Source: Cyanobacteria bacterium P01_A01_bin.123
Lineage (GTDB): Bacteria; Cyanobacteriota; Cyanobacteriia; Phormidesmidales; Phormidesmidaceae
Assembly (NCBI GenBank): GCA_039815185.1
Contig: JBCBZT010000007.1
Span: 1 to 64,000 of the forward strand
Direction: 5' to 3'
Length of the DNA: 64,000 nt
Numbering within the stretch: position 1 is the stretch's first letter; each line of letters starts with the position of its first letter. The notes beneath the pieces were generated by a model. That model had not been told where the DNA came from. It searched no databases and saw only the letters and a program-made list of their open reading frames with translations. Below are positions 42,013-52,369 of this stretch, in pieces. A program made the position numbers and the translations under genes.

Positions 42013-42303
42013 ATGGCAATCCATGAGCCTACCCAGACTAATGCTCAAAGTTCCCTATCTGAGAGGGAATTGCAAATCGTAGAGTTGGTGGCTGCGGGGC
42101 TAACTAATCAAGAGATTTCTGAAAAGCTGGAAATTAGTAAGCGCACCGTCGATAATCACGTCAGCAACATTTTGACCAAAACGGCCACGGGTAATCGGGT
42201 AGCGCTGGTGCGTTGGGCATTGCAGTGGGGTAAGGTTTGCATTGACGATGTCAACTGCTGTACGTTGCCTAATGTTGGACATGAAGCCGAAAAATCTGTG
42301 TAA
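42013..42303 (+). CDS. pedR: Small LuxR-type redox-responsive regulator PedR
   Basis: LSERELQIVELVAAGLTNQEIS...SKRTVDNHVSNIL...WGKVCIDDVNCC. Confidence 0.85.
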   Translation: MAIHEPTQTNAQSSLSERELQIVELVAAGLTNQEISEKLEISKRTVDNHVSNILTKTATGNRVALVRWALQWGKVCIDDVNCCTLPNVGHEAEKSV

Positions 42304-42308
42304 GCGCT

Positions 42309-42725
42309 GTGACTAACGAAGCTCAAGCTGATAAGACTCTAGCTAGCAATACTCAAAGTCCTGAGCTCCTTGATGATGCTCAACCGAATCGTTCAGATGA
42401 CGGAACTGTGGCTGATGATGCTCAATCTGACCTGCAAGATGCAACAGCATCTGAAGAGTTACGACAGCTTCAGTATCAATTGCGATGTCCTCAACTGCCG
42501 CTTGCGGTTTATCGAGAGGTGGCGGCTCATCTCCGTCAGCTAGATGGGGTTGAAACTGGGCTCTTACCCCAGACTTCTCAAGAATTTGATTATTTACAAA
42601 GTCAGGTAGGTGGGTTGTGGGTTCGCTATCCGGAGGTTGGGGCAGAGGCGTATCAACAACAGGTAGAAGCAATTCTTAAGTATTATGGGGAACGCTATCG
42701 TCCCTGGGAAACTATTATCCGTTAG
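42309..42725 (+). CDS. Hypothetical protein, probably co-transcribed with pedR
   Basis: LPLAVYREVAAHLRQ...FDYLQSQVGGLW; starts 5 nt after pedR. Confidence 0.8.
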   Translation: MTNEAQADKTLASNTQSPELLDDAQPNRSDDGTVADDAQSDLQDATASEELRQLQYQLRCPQLPLAVYREVAAHLRQLDGVETGLLPQTSQEFDYLQSQVGGLWVRYPEVGAEAYQQQVEAILKYYGERYRPWETIIR

Positions 42726-42787
42726 TTAGGGCATCGCTGAGACGATGTGCTAATGTGCAGCGTTTAGTTTGGGTTTAATTGCGATTC

Positions 42788-44104
42788 ATGGGTAGCTTGC
42801 AATCACTTCCAGGGACAGAAGATATTCTGCCAATTTCTCAATTTGTGGGCCAAGAGGTGAAGGTGGCAGAAATTGCTATTTGGCAACGGGTTGAGGCGAC
42901 AGCGCGGGAAATTTTGCGGCGAGCTGTTTATCGCGAGATTCGCACACCGATTTTTGAGCAGACGCCCTTGTTTGAGCGGGGTATTGGTGAGGCCACAGAT
43001 GTGGTGGGTAAGGAAATGTATACCTTTCGCGATCGCGGCGATCGCTCTTTGACCCTGCGCCCAGAAAATACCGCAGGCGTGGCTCGGGCCTATACTCAAC
43101 ACAACCTGCATGCCCAGGGTGGGGTACAACGGCTTTGGTATACCGGGCCGATGTTTCGCTATGAACGGCCCCAAAAAGGTCGCCAGCGACAGTTTCACCA
43201 GCTTGGGGTTGAGGTTTTGGGTAGCCGCGATCCGCGCGCTGATGTGGAAGTGATCGCGATCGCAACGGATATTCTCAACGCCGTAGGGTTGAAAAATCTG
43301 GTCTTTTATCTGAATTCGGTGGGTAATCCCAGCGATCGCCAACAGTATCGTGAGGCCCTGGTAGCTTACCTCACGCCTTATAAAGCCGACCTTGATAAAG
43401 ACTCCCAAGATCGCCTCACTCGAAACCCCCTACGCATCCTCGACAGCAAGGATGAAAAAACCCAAGCGATTGCTCAAGCCGCCCCCAGCATTCTCGACTA
43501 CCTATGTGACGACTCTAAGCAGCACTTTGAAGCCGTTCAGCAGCAGCTGACTGACCTAGGGATTGTTTATCAGCTCAATCCTCGATTGGTGCGCGGCCTC
43601 GATTACTACACCCACACGGCCTTTGAAATCCAATCGGAAGATCTCGGTGCCCAAGCTACGGTTTGTGGTGGTGGGCGCTATGACGGGTTGGTGAGTGAAC
43701 TGGGCGGCCCAGAGACTCCAGCAGTAGGCTGGGCGATGGGGTTGGAAAGATTGACGCTGCTATTACAACAGCTCAACCCGCCGAGCGTGGCAACGCTCGA
43801 TTTTTACGTGGTGTCGCGGGGCGTTCGAGCTGAAGCCCAATCGATCAAACTTGCTCAAATGCTTCGACAACTAGGCTTTTCTGTAGAAATTGATCTCAGC
43901 AGTTCTGCTTTTGGGAAACAGTTCAAACGGGCCGACCGGAGTGGTGCTGCTGCCTGCCTGATTTTAGGCGATGCCGAAGCTGAGAATGAAACTGTCCAGC
44001 TCAAGTGGCTCAAAACGGGGGATCAAGCGGCCTGGACGCAAGCTGATTTAGTCGCAAAACCGGAGGAACTCCGTCAGCAAATTGCTCAAAGTTTAGAAGC
44101 TTGA
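42788..44104 (+). CDS. hisS: Histidine--tRNA ligase
   Basis: LRPENTA, FRYERPQKGRQRQFHQ, LVRGLDYY, GGGRYDGL, GLERL. Confidence 0.99.
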   Translation: MGSLQSLPGTEDILPISQFVGQEVKVAEIAIWQRVEATAREILRRAVYREIRTPIFEQTPLFERGIGEATDVVGKEMYTFRDRGDRSLTLRPENTAGVARAYTQHNLHAQGGVQRLWYTGPMFRYERPQKGRQRQFHQLGVEVLGSRDPRADVEVIAIATDILNAVGLKNLVFYLNSVGNPSDRQQYREALVAYLTPYKADLDKDSQDRLTRNPLRILDSKDEKTQAIAQAAPSILDYLCDDSKQHFEAVQQQLTDLGIVYQLNPRLVRGLDYYTHTAFEIQSEDLGAQATVCGGGRYDGLVSELGGPETPAVGWAMGLERLTLLLQQLNPPSVATLDFYVVSRGVRAEAQSIKLAQMLRQLGFSVEIDLSSSAFGKQFKRADRSGAAACLILGDAEAENETVQLKWLKTGDQAAWTQADLVAKPEELRQQIAQSLEA

Positions 44105-44120
44105 CAGACTTGACCAGTTG

Positions 44121-44483
44121 CTAGGGGAGTTCAATCTCGAACAGGTTAGGAAGCTTGCTGTGGCGTTGAGTAGGCCAGGGTAAAAACGTGATCAGCAAAA
44201 TGCCAATACTGATACAAACCCCCGACCAAATGGCCAAGATCGTGCTGACGATTTCGTCATGGCCTAAGATCCCGTCAGCGATAGGATAGAGCATCACTGG
44301 TGCAACGATGAAGCCAAATAACCGCCAAAATGCTGCGCCCCTGAAGCCAGCTTTTTGAATCACCATTGTCCACCATAGACCCCAGACGATGGGCAATATA
44401 GCCACATGAGAGAGCATCGACAGAACAATGTTTAGGGGTTCTCCCGTCCAGCTTGCGAGCCAACCAAAGAATACTGCGAACAT
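44121..44483 (-). CDS. Hypothetical membrane protein
   Basis: 120-aa ORF with 3 hydrophobic segments; KAGF...WP. Confidence 0.55.
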   Translation of the reverse strand: MFAVFFGWLASWTGEPLNIVLSMLSHVAILPIVWGLWWTMVIQKAGFRGAAFWRLFGFIVAPVMLYPIADGILGHDEIVSTILAIWSGVCISIGILLITFLPWPTQRHSKLPNLFEIELP

Positions 44484-44666
44484 CTGATCTATATCCGTGC
44501 TTCAGGTCAATTTTATGGTGCCCAAAACTACCGATGATGTATTGCTCAATGCGGCTATTTCTAACTTATCTGTGGCTGAAAAGCCTTTGAGAGTTAGCTT
44601 TAGAAGCCCTAATCAACCTGGAGATTATACGTATATTTACTGATTCGAGTTGTGGATGTTACTGAG

Positions 44667-45296
44667 TTAATGTTCAAAAATATTGGTATATTGCAGCAAA
44701 TCTAAATCAACAAAAGTGTGGATCATGGCGAAACACTGCTGCGCAAGTTCCCAGCGGCCTTCTCGCTTGAGCATAGCCACGAGCTTTGTGTGAATCTCAT
44801 GGAGATAACGCACATCGTTGGCGGCATAGCTGAGTTGTTCCGCTGTTAGATTGACGGGGTTGCCCCAGTCTGAGCTTTGGGCTGATTTATCCAGTTCAAT
44901 TCCGGTGAGTTCTTTCACCAATTCTTTTAAGCCGTGGCGGGGGCTGTAGGTGCGGCTGAGTTTGCTCGCGATTTTGCTGCAAAATACTGGAGCGACGTGG
45001 ATGCCCAAATGATGTTTAAGCGTGGCTAGGTCAAATCGAGCAAAGTGGAACAGTTTTAAGCTGTTGGGGGATTCCATTAAGGTTTTGAGATTGGGTGCTT
45101 CGGTTTGACCGAGTTCGATGCGAATGGCGCTGACATAGCCGGTTGGGTCACAAAGCTGGACTAAACAGAGGCGATCGCGTTGGGGCAGCAATCCCATGGT
45201 TTCCGTATCTCCTGCGATCACGCTGGCTTTTAGATAGCGATCTAGCAGATCAGCCGGCAAATCGCGATCGCAAACCTGAAAATTTTCTGCGCCCAT
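44667..45296 (-). CDS. RNase D-like 3'-5' exonuclease
   Basis: DTETMGL..RDRLCLVQL, FHFARFD, QSSDW, YAANDV (DEDDy). Confidence 0.93.
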   Translation of the reverse strand: MGAENFQVCDRDLPADLLDRYLKASVIAGDTETMGLLPQRDRLCLVQLCDPTGYVSAIRIELGQTEAPNLKTLMESPNSLKLFHFARFDLATLKHHLGIHVAPVFCSKIASKLSRTYSPRHGLKELVKELTGIELDKSAQSSDWGNPVNLTAEQLSYAANDVRYLHEIHTKLVAMLKREGRWELAQQCFAMIHTFVDLDLLQYTNIFEH

Positions 45297-45427
45297 AGTC
45301 TTGTCCTGTGGTGAATATTGGAGAGATGACCCCTGAGATTGTTCCGATTGTGCCCATCAAGTACTAGGGGCGGGCATTTGCCCACCCGCTATCCTACCGT
45401 CATTGACTCAATCTGTGAGGCAAGACT

Positions 45428-46690
45428 CTACTGCAAATTGCCCAAAGCCTTAGCAACGGTTTGAACGTCTTTGTCTCCTCGGCCAGAGCAGTTGATCACC
45501 AGATAAGGACTGCCCTCCAGCGTGGGGCAAAGTTTGTCTAAGTAGGCAAACGCGTGGGCTGTTTCAAGGGCAGGAATAATGCCTTCCAGTCGTGACACCT
45601 GCTGTAAGGCTTCTAGGGCTTCTTGATCAGTGACGCTGTAATATTCGGCCCGGCCAATTTCTTTTAAATAACTATGCTCTGGACCAACCCCTGGATAATC
45701 AAGACCAGCGCTAATGGAATGAGCTTCTGTGACTTGGCCGTCTTCGTCTTGTAGTAGATAGCTCATCGCCCCATGCAGAACACCGACGCGTCCTGCCGTT
45801 AGGGTGGCTGCATGCTTTTCTGTTGCGACCCCTTCTCCAGCGGCTTCGACGCCGATTAACCGCACAGATTCATCGGGGACGAATTCATGGAATAGGCCCA
45901 TGGCATTGGAACCGCCGCCGACGCAGGCCAACAAAATATCGGGTAGGCCGCCCCATTTTTCTTGGCACTGGATTCGGGTTTCTTGACCAATCACGGTGTG
46001 GAAATCGCGTACGATTTTGGGATAGGGGTGGGGGCCAGCAACAGAACCCAAGATGTAGTGGGTGTTTTCCACATTGGTGACCCAGTCGCGGATAGCTTCA
46101 GAGGTGGCGTCTTTTAAGGTACCTGTCCCGGCTTCCACTGGGCTGACGGTGGCTCCCATCAGGCGCATGCGAAACACGTTGAGCGATTGTCGCTCCATAT
46201 CTTGCACACCCATGTAAATTACGCACTCAATGCCAAACCGGGCACACACCGTTGCGGTCGCCACCCCATGCTGTCCGGCACCCGTTTCAGCGATCACCCG
46301 CTGTTTGCCCATGCGCTTTGCCAGCAAGACCTGACCCAGGGCATTATTGATTTTGTGAGCACCCGTATGGTTGAGATCTTCGCGCTTGAGGTAAATTTGA
46401 GGGCCGCTACCGTCCGGGCGAGCGTAGTGTTGTGTGAGCCGTTCGGCAAAGTAAAACGAACTGGGGCGACCCACGTAGTCTTTGAGCAACCCTTGAAGTT
46501 CTGCCTGAAATTCAGGATCGGTAAAATATTGGTCAAAGGCGGCTTCCAATTCAGCCAGGGCAGGCATTAGCGTTTCGGGGACATATTTGCCGCCAAATTG
46601 GCCAAAGCGGCCTAGCAGGTCGGGACGCACGGCGATATCCGTCAGTTTCTGGGTGCTGGGTGTTTGAGGAGGATGGGAAATGGGGGCCAC
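45428..46690 (-). CDS. trpB: Tryptophan synthase beta chain
   Basis: [52 protein letters not shown]. Confidence 0.99.
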   Translation of the reverse strand: MAPISHPPQTPSTQKLTDIAVRPDLLGRFGQFGGKYVPETLMPALAELEAAFDQYFTDPEFQAELQGLLKDYVGRPSSFYFAERLTQHYARPDGSGPQIYLKREDLNHTGAHKINNALGQVLLAKRMGKQRVIAETGAGQHGVATATVCARFGIECVIYMGVQDMERQSLNVFRMRLMGATVSPVEAGTGTLKDATSEAIRDWVTNVENTHYILGSVAGPHPYPKIVRDFHTVIGQETRIQCQEKWGGLPDILLACVGGGSNAMGLFHEFVPDESVRLIGVEAAGEGVATEKHAATLTAGRVGVLHGAMSYLLQDEDGQVTEAHSISAGLDYPGVGPEHSYLKEIGRAEYYSVTDQEALEALQQVSRLEGIIPALETAHAFAYLDKLCPTLEGSPYLVINCSGRGDKDVQTVAKALGNLQ

Positions 46691-46771
46691 AAGCTTTTAC
46701 CAGGAATGCGATGAGTAGCCCTCATTATAGAAAGGGGACAAGGTATTTGGAAATGCTAGCTTGCTAGGGAG

Positions 46772-46818
46772 TTTGCCAGATGCCTACTGAACCTTAGGTT
46801 CAGTAGGCATCTGGCAAA
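46772..46818. repeat. Perfect inverted repeat (23-bp arms, 1-nt centre)
   Basis: TTTGCCAGATGCCTACTGAACCT-T-AGGTTCAGTAGGCATCTGGCAAA. Confidence 0.95.
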
Positions 46819-46950
46819 AATGTTCCTGTTAAGTCATAGATTTACTCAGGTCGAGACTCACTTACGAAAGTTCATTAAGTCAAGATAAATCCTATCCGCA
46901 ACTTGAAACTTGTGGTGAGACTCCCCGTCCCGATCTTTCAATAGCGCTAG

Positions 46951-49014
46951 ATGTTTTTAACAAAATTGAGAAACTTTATGACGCATTCAACATTGTTGGC
47001 AGGTAAGCTGTTGGCTGGAAAACTGGCGATCGCGATCGCGGGCCTCACTGCACTCACGGCCCTACCCATGCCTGTCCTTGCCTTTGACTATGAAACTCAA
47101 GCTGGAGAAACCGCAGGTAACCCAGAAGGTCAGCCCCTCTACACCGTTGGCATTGATGCTAGCGATATTGGCGACAGCTTTACCGTTGACTGGCTGCTGC
47201 CTGCCCAAGGCGATATTCCTGACCTGTCTGCGACGGCAGCAATCACGGTGGCAGAATTTACGGATAGTCGGATTATTCTCGATGTTCAAATTACTAACCA
47301 GACCACGGCATCGTTTCAGGCTGCCTTGATGAGTCTGGGCTTTGGGCTAGCGGGGGTGAGTAGTATCGATATCGTTGCGATCGACGGCAGCACCCGCACG
47401 TTTGACAGTGTGATTATCAATGGTAATCAGAACTTCCCGGGTGGATTTAAGGACATTAATGTCTGTCTATTCTCTTCCAATAACTGTAGCGGTGGTGCTG
47501 TTGATAACGGTCTACAGGCAGGCGAAGTGGACTCAGTTCGATTAGTGCTGACGGGTAGCTTTAGCTTGGAAACAGGAATTGTGCTTCAGTCTTTCCCTAT
47601 GAAGTTCCAAACCGAAGCGGGTAGTTTTGAACTGGCAGGTAGCTTTGAGGCGTCTGCAGAAACTGAAGAAACCGAAGAAAATGAGCTGTCTGCTGAAGTC
47701 ACAGAATCGATTTATCAAGCCATCGTTTCAGAAACCACGGTGTCTCAATCGGAACTACGCGTGGTGGAATATAATCGCGCCACTTGGCCCAATGGCTGTT
47801 TGGGTCTGGGAGAGCCAGATGTAGCCTGTACAGAAGCCTTGGTGTCTGGCTACCGGGTGGTCGTCGCCAGCGAAGACTATGCCTGGGTATATCGCACCAA
47901 TGCCACTGGTTCTGTATTGGTGCTAGACCAAGCCGCAACGCAGGCATATGCCTCATCTTCAACCTATTCTTACTATCGGTATTCAGAAACAACAGTCTCT
48001 CAAAGTAGTCAAGTCTCTCAAACTACCCAGGTAAGCACGACCCAGTCTGTCTTTTCTGAGTCGGTGCAAAGTGCAGTATTCCAAAAAATTGTTGAGCGGA
48101 CTCAAGTCAGCGCCTCTAGTTTGCGTATCGTCGAGGTGCGGCGTAAGACCTGGGCTGATAGCTGTCTCGGCTTGGAGGGCGATGGGGCTTGTGCGCAAGC
48201 GCTCACAGCAGGTTATTTGGTGACTGCGACGGACGGTGAACAGATTTGGGTATATCGCACTGATACAGAAGGTACAGTCGTCGCCTACGATGCCACCTGC
48301 ACCCGCACTCGCACTGCACAAATCGTTGCTCGACAGCGTACGACGCGGGTGAACTATACCGATTTATCTAGCAACTACTGGGCTTACCAATACATTCAGG
48401 AGCTAACGGCACTCAATATTATTGAAGGTTACCCTGACGGCAGCTTTCAGCCAGACCGCAACATTACCCGGGCCGAACTGGCGTCGATTATCGCTAGGGC
48501 GTTTGAGTTTGCAGAGTATCGCACCGAAATCGATTTTACCGATGTCACCAGCGACTTTTGGGCCGACCAAGCAATTACAACAGCCTATCGGATGGGCTTT
48601 ATGGATACGGTTGGCGATCGCCTGTTTTCGCCCCTATCCAACCTCCTCCGGACAGATGTGATGACCATTTTGGCCCAAGGCTTAAACTTGACCACTACCA
48701 GTTCTTCGGAAGCAGTGCTGGCCCGCTATAAAGATGTCAACGTCAGCTCCCGCGAGGTATTGCAAATCCTGACGGCCCTGACGGAAGAGGGGATTATGGT
48801 TAACTATCCTGATGTTGAAGAGCTGGATCTCGACAGCGTGGCAACTCGGGCTGAAATTGCCGTGTTTATCTATCAATCCCTTGTCAGTATGGGATGCCTA
48901 GAGGTAATCGAGTCTGAGTACGTGATGGAAAGTTCTACCCTCGTAGTCAGCGAAACGACCACGACCACGACTACTACGGAAACTTCCGACGATGGTGATG
49001 ATGACGATGGATAA
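46951..49014 (+). CDS. Exported multidomain SLH protein; C-terminal tail appears frameshifted (would extend to 49140)
   Basis: Signal peptide, beta-rich N-domain, two W-x-x-x-CLGL..C..AL..GY...WVYRT repeats, SLH repeats (IIEGYPDGSFQPDRNITRAELA), Thr/Asp-rich tail. Confidence 0.85.
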   Translation: MFLTKLRNFMTHSTLLAGKLLAGKLAIAIAGLTALTALPMPVLAFDYETQAGETAGNPEGQPLYTVGIDASDIGDSFTVDWLLPAQGDIPDLSATAAITVAEFTDSRIILDVQITNQTTASFQAALMSLGFGLAGVSSIDIVAIDGSTRTFDSVIINGNQNFPGGFKDINVCLFSSNNCSGGAVDNGLQAGEVDSVRLVLTGSFSLETGIVLQSFPMKFQTEAGSFELAGSFEASAETEETEENELSAEVTESIYQAIVSETTVSQSELRVVEYNRATWPNGCLGLGEPDVACTEALVSGYRVVVASEDYAWVYRTNATGSVLVLDQAATQAYASSSTYSYYRYSETTVSQSSQVSQTTQVSTTQSVFSESVQSAVFQKIVERTQVSASSLRIVEVRRKTWADSCLGLEGDGACAQALTAGYLVTATDGEQIWVYRTDTEGTVVAYDATCTRTRTAQIVARQRTTRVNYTDLSSNYWAYQYIQELTALNIIEGYPDGSFQPDRNITRAELASIIARAFEFAEYRTEIDFTDVTSDFWADQAITTAYRMGFMDTVGDRLFSPLSNLLRTDVMTILAQGLNLTTTSSSEAVLARYKDVNVSSREVLQILTALTEEGIMVNYPDVEELDLDSVATRAEIAVFIYQSLVSMGCLEVIESEYVMESSTLVVSETTTTTTTTETSDDGDDDDG

Positions 49015-49218
49015 TGGTTGCCGTCAAAACTGCAACCAGGGTATCGGTAACAGTGCTGAGGGCTGTGATCCAGGAAACTCTAGCCCCATGGTGGTAGCAG
49101 TGATGAAGGCGGACGCGCACCGGGAAATCCTAATCGATAAAGCGTTTGAGCGATATTGATTGAAGCGCAACGGTTGTTGTTGAAAATAAAGTGTAAAGGT
49201 GCATAGAAAGTTATCTCT

Positions 49219-49410
49219 GTGCACCTCTTTATTAAATGGAATGTTTACGTTATTCAGGGACAGCCTCCCCAGCCTGCGTTTGAAGTCTTCCAGCAGGTCT
49301 GGGGGAATCGCCCCAATCCGCCCATACTGACGCTGTTGTTTGTTGCAGGCTTAGCCCATCCTGATTTTTTGATGGAGATGGATGCGGTTGCAGTTATCCC
49401 AAACCCATAA
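49219..49410 (+). pseudogene. C-terminal fragment of a RidA/YjgF family protein
   Basis: IKWNVYV...PPILTLLFVAGLAHPDFLMEMDAVAVIP; N-terminal half absent. Confidence 0.7.
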
Positions 49411-49413
49411 GTC

Positions 49414-50289
49414 CTAAGCAGCAGCTTCCATCCAGGCAATGCATCGTTGCATTTGGATTTTCATCTCGTCTACAGAGGCGTGGAAGCGACGACCGTGACC
49501 CGGCAGTACCCAGTCAAAGGTATAGTTTGCCAATGTTTTCATCGACTCAATCTGCTGGGGCCAAGAGTACCAACAGGCACGGCGAAAGGCATAGAGGTGA
49601 TTCAAAGTGGTTGACATTGCTAAATGATCGCCAGTGAACAAAATGCGATCGCGGTAGAGCAGCACGGTATGGCCCCGCGTATGTCCCGGCATCGGAATAA
49701 TCAGTAAATCGTCTTCAAGGGCAAAAGGTTCAGCCCCTGTGATCTGAATTTCAACCCCGCGAGTATCGGTGCTGATATCGGCCTGATGCAAAATGCGATC
49801 GCAGCCGAAATGCTTGTGAAATTTAGCATGGTCAGCGACATCATCGCGGTGTGTCAGATAGAGGTAGCGAATCCCGCCCAGGGCTTCGATTTGTTTGATT
49901 AAAGGGGGTGCAAATCGGGGTGAATCTACTAACACATTGCCGCCTGGCCGCTGAATCAGATAGCTGGCAGCACCAAAGGATTTTTCTGAATGATAGCCGC
50001 AGTGGTAGACGTTATCAGTAATAGGGATGGGTAGGCTTTGCTGCGATCGCACCATGTCTGTCGGCTTATCCACTGTACCGATGGAGGCAGTCGGACAAGA
50101 CAGGAGAGCTTGCATTGCGAGTAAGCGTTCTTTCTCGTCCTGCGGCTGATGATAAACAGCGGACTGCCCCTCTTCACGTTTAAAGACAGTAGGAGCCATC
50201 CAACGACAGGTATCACAGTCAATGCAGCTACTATCGACATACAGATCGCCTTCAATATTTTCGGGACGACGGTGTTTGAGATGAGCCAT
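49414..50289 (-). CDS. Ferredoxin-like domain fused to an MBL-fold metallo-hydrolase
   Basis: CIDCDTC...CP; THRDDVADH, PGHTRGH, FTGDH, PGHG. Confidence 0.9.
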   Translation of the reverse strand: MAHLKHRRPENIEGDLYVDSSCIDCDTCRWMAPTVFKREEGQSAVYHQPQDEKERLLAMQALLSCPTASIGTVDKPTDMVRSQQSLPIPITDNVYHCGYHSEKSFGAASYLIQRPGGNVLVDSPRFAPPLIKQIEALGGIRYLYLTHRDDVADHAKFHKHFGCDRILHQADISTDTRGVEIQITGAEPFALEDDLLIIPMPGHTRGHTVLLYRDRILFTGDHLAMSTTLNHLYAFRRACWYSWPQQIESMKTLANYTFDWVLPGHGRRFHASVDEMKIQMQRCIAWMEAAA

Positions 50290-50793
50290 GATCAGATTTG
50301 AAGCGGTAACTCTAGGCTAGCGAATTGCTTGAAAGATTAGCTGACCTCATATCGGAGGATTGCTCAATGACCTAGCTCATTGTCTAATCGATAGCGTAAT
50401 GTATCAACATCTCTAAAAGGTTCAAATCGGATAATAGCCAAGGCGTTTATCCTCCTGTCGTTCTACAAGTTGCGGATTCACAAATCGATTAGATGCATTC
50501 CCAGTAACCTGGAAACGATGAATCTCACAACGCTAAAACTGGAGTTAGTGAACGCTTAGCAATGACTAAGCGCTCAAGCTTGAGTTATTCCCAACTTAAA
50601 GCATCTGACACGCTGCAACATCTATCAAAAGGCAGAAACCGCCTTAGACTTTGCTGAATGCAAGCATCAAGACTCGCTTTGATGAGCAGTGAGGGCAACC
50701 CATGGATGATCAATACGGTCAGGTTGGAAGCGTGTGACCAGCCTATCAGAAGGAGGAGAATCCATAGGTTTGGGTGACTCACATCTGATAGTT

Positions 50794-52296
50794 TTACGAA
50801 GCAGGCTCCTGTTCCAAAATGACTTTTGCTTTTGCCTCTCGGAACATGTGATTTGCCCACTGTTGCACATCATAACGACAGATCGCCTGGTACAGCTTTT
50901 GCATCCGCTGCTGTTGTTCGTCTAAGGGCATCTCCAAAGCCTGCTCAAGCGCTTCATCCATACGGTGAGAGGAGTATGGATTGGTCAGGACTGCATCCGG
51001 CAACTCGACAGCTGATCCTGCAAACTCAGATAGGATAAGCACCCCATCTTTCCCACCATGGGCAACCACGTATTCTTTCGCAACTAGGTTAAGGCCATCC
51101 CGCAACGGTGGAATCCAGGCAATATCTGCCGCACGAAAGACAGCAATTAACTCCTCATAAGGTAAAGGCTGCATCAGCATTAGAATTGGAGACCAATTAA
51201 GCTGGGCAAACCGACTATTGATCTTGCCCACCGATTGTTCGATTTCACTCTGAGCTTCCTCATAAATGCGCATTCCTGGGGCAGGCTTTGCCGCCGCGAC
51301 GATTAGCTTCAACTGTCCATGTAAGTCAGACCGTCGCTCTAGTAACCGTTCATAACAAGCCAGCATTTCTTTAGTGCCTTTGACATAATCCACCCGACCA
51401 GCAGACACAATGAGCTTGCTCACGCCCAACTCTGCTCGGATTTCTTGCACCCTCGTTTGGGTTTCCGGCTTTTCTACCAGGCTACGAATGTAAGCTGGGC
51501 TAGTTCCCACCGGGAACGCATCTAGATTCACGACACGATCCTGGTAGCGGATTTGGGTCGTCATTTCGGGTTCTGCTAGAGCCGTGCCTGTCGCAGTGAA
51601 TGCACTATCAACGGCGACCCGCCGAGTCACTTCAACGCCACGCAATCCCTTCGCCACTGATACGAAGTTCTCCACATAGCGAGGAATATGGAACCCACAG
51701 AGATCGCAGCATAAAAGACTATCCACAATGGCCTCGCGCCAGGGCAAGATATTGAAAACATCAGTCCCAGGAAACGGCGTATGGTGAAAGAATGCGATGT
51801 TCACATGGGGCATTTGCTGACGGATATAGTAAGGGGTCAGCCATAAGTTGTAGTCATGAATCCAGATCAGGGCATCTTCTGCTGCATCTTCACAGGCAGC
51901 GGTTGCAAAACGTTGATTAATGTCCTGAAAATTATCCCAATCGGAAGAGTCGTAAGTAAATTGCCAGGGAAATGAATGAAGAATTGGCCAGAAGGCTTCT
52001 TTAGAGGTGATGTAATAAAAGTTTTTGACTTGCTCAGGCGTTAAAGGAATCCGACGAACTACGCTAGTGTCGTCACTGCCTTCAATCGTCATACGTTCCT
52101 GAAACTGAGCTTCCTCATGGCTACTATCTAGCTGCTTCCAAGCAATCCAGGTGCTTTGCTCAGATTCTACAAAAAAGCTTTTTAACGTGGGTATAATGCC
52201 GTTTGGACTTTTCTTATCCCGATAGTAAATCTTTCCATTCTCTTTGACTTCATCATAGGGTTCTCGATGGTAGAGAATGACCAGGGAAGACTTCAT
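50794..52296 (-). CDS. ggpS: Glucosylglycerol-phosphate synthase
   Basis: MKSSLVILYHREPYDEV, KSPNGIIPTL, WIHDYNLW, FFHHTPFP, RDGLNLVAKE (GT20). Confidence 0.95.
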   Translation of the reverse strand: MKSSLVILYHREPYDEVKENGKIYYRDKKSPNGIIPTLKSFFVESEQSTWIAWKQLDSSHEEAQFQERMTIEGSDDTSVVRRIPLTPEQVKNFYYITSKEAFWPILHSFPWQFTYDSSDWDNFQDINQRFATAACEDAAEDALIWIHDYNLWLTPYYIRQQMPHVNIAFFHHTPFPGTDVFNILPWREAIVDSLLCCDLCGFHIPRYVENFVSVAKGLRGVEVTRRVAVDSAFTATGTALAEPEMTTQIRYQDRVVNLDAFPVGTSPAYIRSLVEKPETQTRVQEIRAELGVSKLIVSAGRVDYVKGTKEMLACYERLLERRSDLHGQLKLIVAAAKPAPGMRIYEEAQSEIEQSVGKINSRFAQLNWSPILMLMQPLPYEELIAVFRAADIAWIPPLRDGLNLVAKEYVVAHGGKDGVLILSEFAGSAVELPDAVLTNPYSSHRMDEALEQALEMPLDEQQQRMQKLYQAICRYDVQQWANHMFREAKAKVILEQEPAS

Positions 52297-52369
52297 ACGG
52301 GTACCTCTAGGGAGTGACTCAGCAAATCTCAACTATGCACTTTCACAACTACTTGGAGAATACACTACG

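Noticed and set aside
50290..50790. Short ORFs and small hairpins between the MBL gene and ggpS
   Set aside because: No recognisable protein motif; hairpins are short enough to be chance or ordinary terminators.
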